Below, one piece after another: positions 62,200-64,000 of a DNA stretch of 64,000 nt. The stretch lies in assembly GCF_963921235.1 (NCBI RefSeq), contig NC_086097.1, positions 157,048,001 to 157,112,000 on the forward strand, read 5' to 3'. The notes below the pieces were generated by a model that was not told where the DNA came from, searched no databases, and worked only from the letters and a program-made list of their open reading frames with translations. The stretch is from Mobula hypostoma. Taxonomy: Eukaryota. Positions within the stretch are counted from its first letter, which is position 1. Every line of letters begins with the position of its first letter. The translations under genes were made by a program, and so were the position numbers.

Positions 62200-63290
62200 T
62201 TTCTCCTTTTCAAGAAGGACAACAGGGAAAAGCCTGGTAACTATAAGGCCTCTGAACTTCCCATCAGTGGTATGGAAAATAATGGAAAAACTTTTGTGGA
62301 AATAGGTAAAGTGATCATTTGGAAAAGCAAGGATTGAGACAGATAACATGGCTTTCCCTACTGAGGTCTACTGATCCTATTTTACCAAATTAATTGAATT
62401 CTCTGGAGTAACAAAGCATATTGATAAATTTGGTGCAGTAGACATGATTTACATGATCTTTGGTGAAGTCTTTAACAGGATCACATGTAGGAGACTCATT
62501 CAAAAGGTGAAGACCAGTAACATCTTGGGCTAGTGGCAAATTGGACCAAAAATTAGGTTGACAATGGGAGTAGAAGATATGACATAGGGTTCTTTTTGTG
62601 ACTGGCTGCCTGTGACTAGTATGTCCCATAAGGATAGTTGCTGAAAGCCTTTATATTATATGTCAGTGACTTGGATGTAGAGACAAGATCAATAAGTTGA
62701 CAGGTTATACCAATATTGGAGGAGTTGCTGATGGTGTGCATGAATGTCTTCAGTGCAGAAAGTTATCAATGATATAATTAACTGGACTGAAAAAGAAGGC
62801 AAATGGAGTTTAATCCAAACTTGAGATGATGTTCTCATGAGGTTAGGACATACAGTAGAGGTAGGGTCTTAGGATGTTTGGGAAGAGAGGGAGCTCAGAG
62901 TACAAATCCATAGACTTTGAAAGTAGCAATCCAGATGAAAAGTCTAGTAAGGCAATCAAAATGCTGATCTTCATCAGCTGAGGCATAAATACAGAAAGAG
63001 GGAGGTTTTGCACCAATATTATAAAATCTTGGCCCAACCTCAGTTGGTGAACTGCTGGAAACATTTCCTCATATCAGAGGTAGATAAAACTAGAGGAGCA
63101 AGAGATTCAAAGGGGATAGGAAGAGAACCTTCTTCACCAGACAGGTATAAATACCTAGAATGTAATGCCTGAGAGAGTAGATTGAAGATGAGTTATTGAC
63201 AGAATTTAAGCCATTTTCTGGATGGAATGTCAGTAACTTAGACATTGGGGATTATGGCCTAAGGGCTGGGGAATGGAATTGATATGGAAG
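62200..63290 (+). mobile_element. Old CR1 RT fragment
   Basis: LFKKDNREKPGNYK followed by degenerate RT motifs. Confidence 0.75.
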
Positions 63291-63544
63291 GATATCAAAT
63301 GTTTATTGTGGGTCACTCACTTTCTACCAAACTAGTTTATTCAATTGGAAGTGGTAACTCTTATCTTTCCTCCCATGAATACTGCTTGACTTACTGAATG
63401 GTTTGTGGTTACAGAGAATATTGGAGGAAATAGAATAGGGAATTGATTTATTCCCTTTTTTAATTGCTTGATTAACCTGGCCTCACCCCAACAGGCAGAT
63501 TCAATTCCCTCACTATGTCGATTGACTAGTCGAGTTGCTGTATA

Positions 63545-63930
63545 ACTTGACACACAAAGTATCCATTCGTTTGGTCCAACTCACCCATGCCAAGCTGGTC
63601 CCATCTGCCCATATTTAGCCCATAGTTCTCTAAACCTTTTCTATGTATGTACATAAGTAAGATGACTTTTAAATATTACTAACATGCCAAATTAACCACC
63701 ATTTCTGGAAACTCATTCCAAATAAGCATCACACTTTGTATGAAGAATCTATCCCTGATGTCCCTTATAAATCTTTCATCTCTGATCTTATACCTATGCC
63801 TACTTTTTGTTACCATCTTCACTCTGGAAAAATTACCATATGCTTTCACCCTGTCTATACTGCTCATGATCTCATATTTGTCTATCGGGTCACCCCTCTA
63901 TCTCCTACATTCCAGGGAAAAAGGTTATAA
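63545..63930 (-). mobile_element. CR1 3' fragment
   Basis: ORF 63679..63867 reads RHRYKIRDERFIRDIRDRFFIQSVMLIWNEFPE. Confidence 0.75.
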
Positions 63931-63942
63931 AGGAATAGAGTT

Positions 63943-64000
63943 TAAGAACATAAGAACATAAGAAATAGGAGCAGAAATAGGCCATCTGGCCCATCGAGCC
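63943..64000 (-). mobile_element. 3' tail of a CR1 that continues beyond the window
   Basis: taagaacataagaacataagaaataggagcagaaataggccatctggcccatcgagcc. Confidence 0.8.

Overview
This is repeat-dominated vertebrate genomic DNA, most likely intronic or intergenic. The mix of esterase-type CR1 LINEs, Rex1/Babar LINEs, V-SINEs and Penelope relics suggests a cartilaginous fish, probably a ray (inferred from repeat content only). I could not identify any host gene; a few weak exon-like candidates are listed. The best-supported elements are: (1) a young 4.0-kb L1-clade element (20889-24913) with an intact 5' end, A-rich tail and 11-bp TSD, but with one internal deletion that leaves a 71-aa ORF1 stub and an uninterrupted 1099-aa, EN-truncated ORF2; (2) three CR1 copies that keep ORF1 and the 3' tail but have lost much of ORF2; (3) two related solo LTRs with 4-bp TSDs; (4) a composite hAT/Charlie element with a perfect 8-bp TSD that carries a CR1 tail; (5) a fossil hAT transposase; (6) Tc1-derived MITEs, several SINEs, and nested insertions whose host reading frames can be rebuilt exactly. 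Family names come from recognising motifs, not from database searches. Boundaries of old fragments are approximate.
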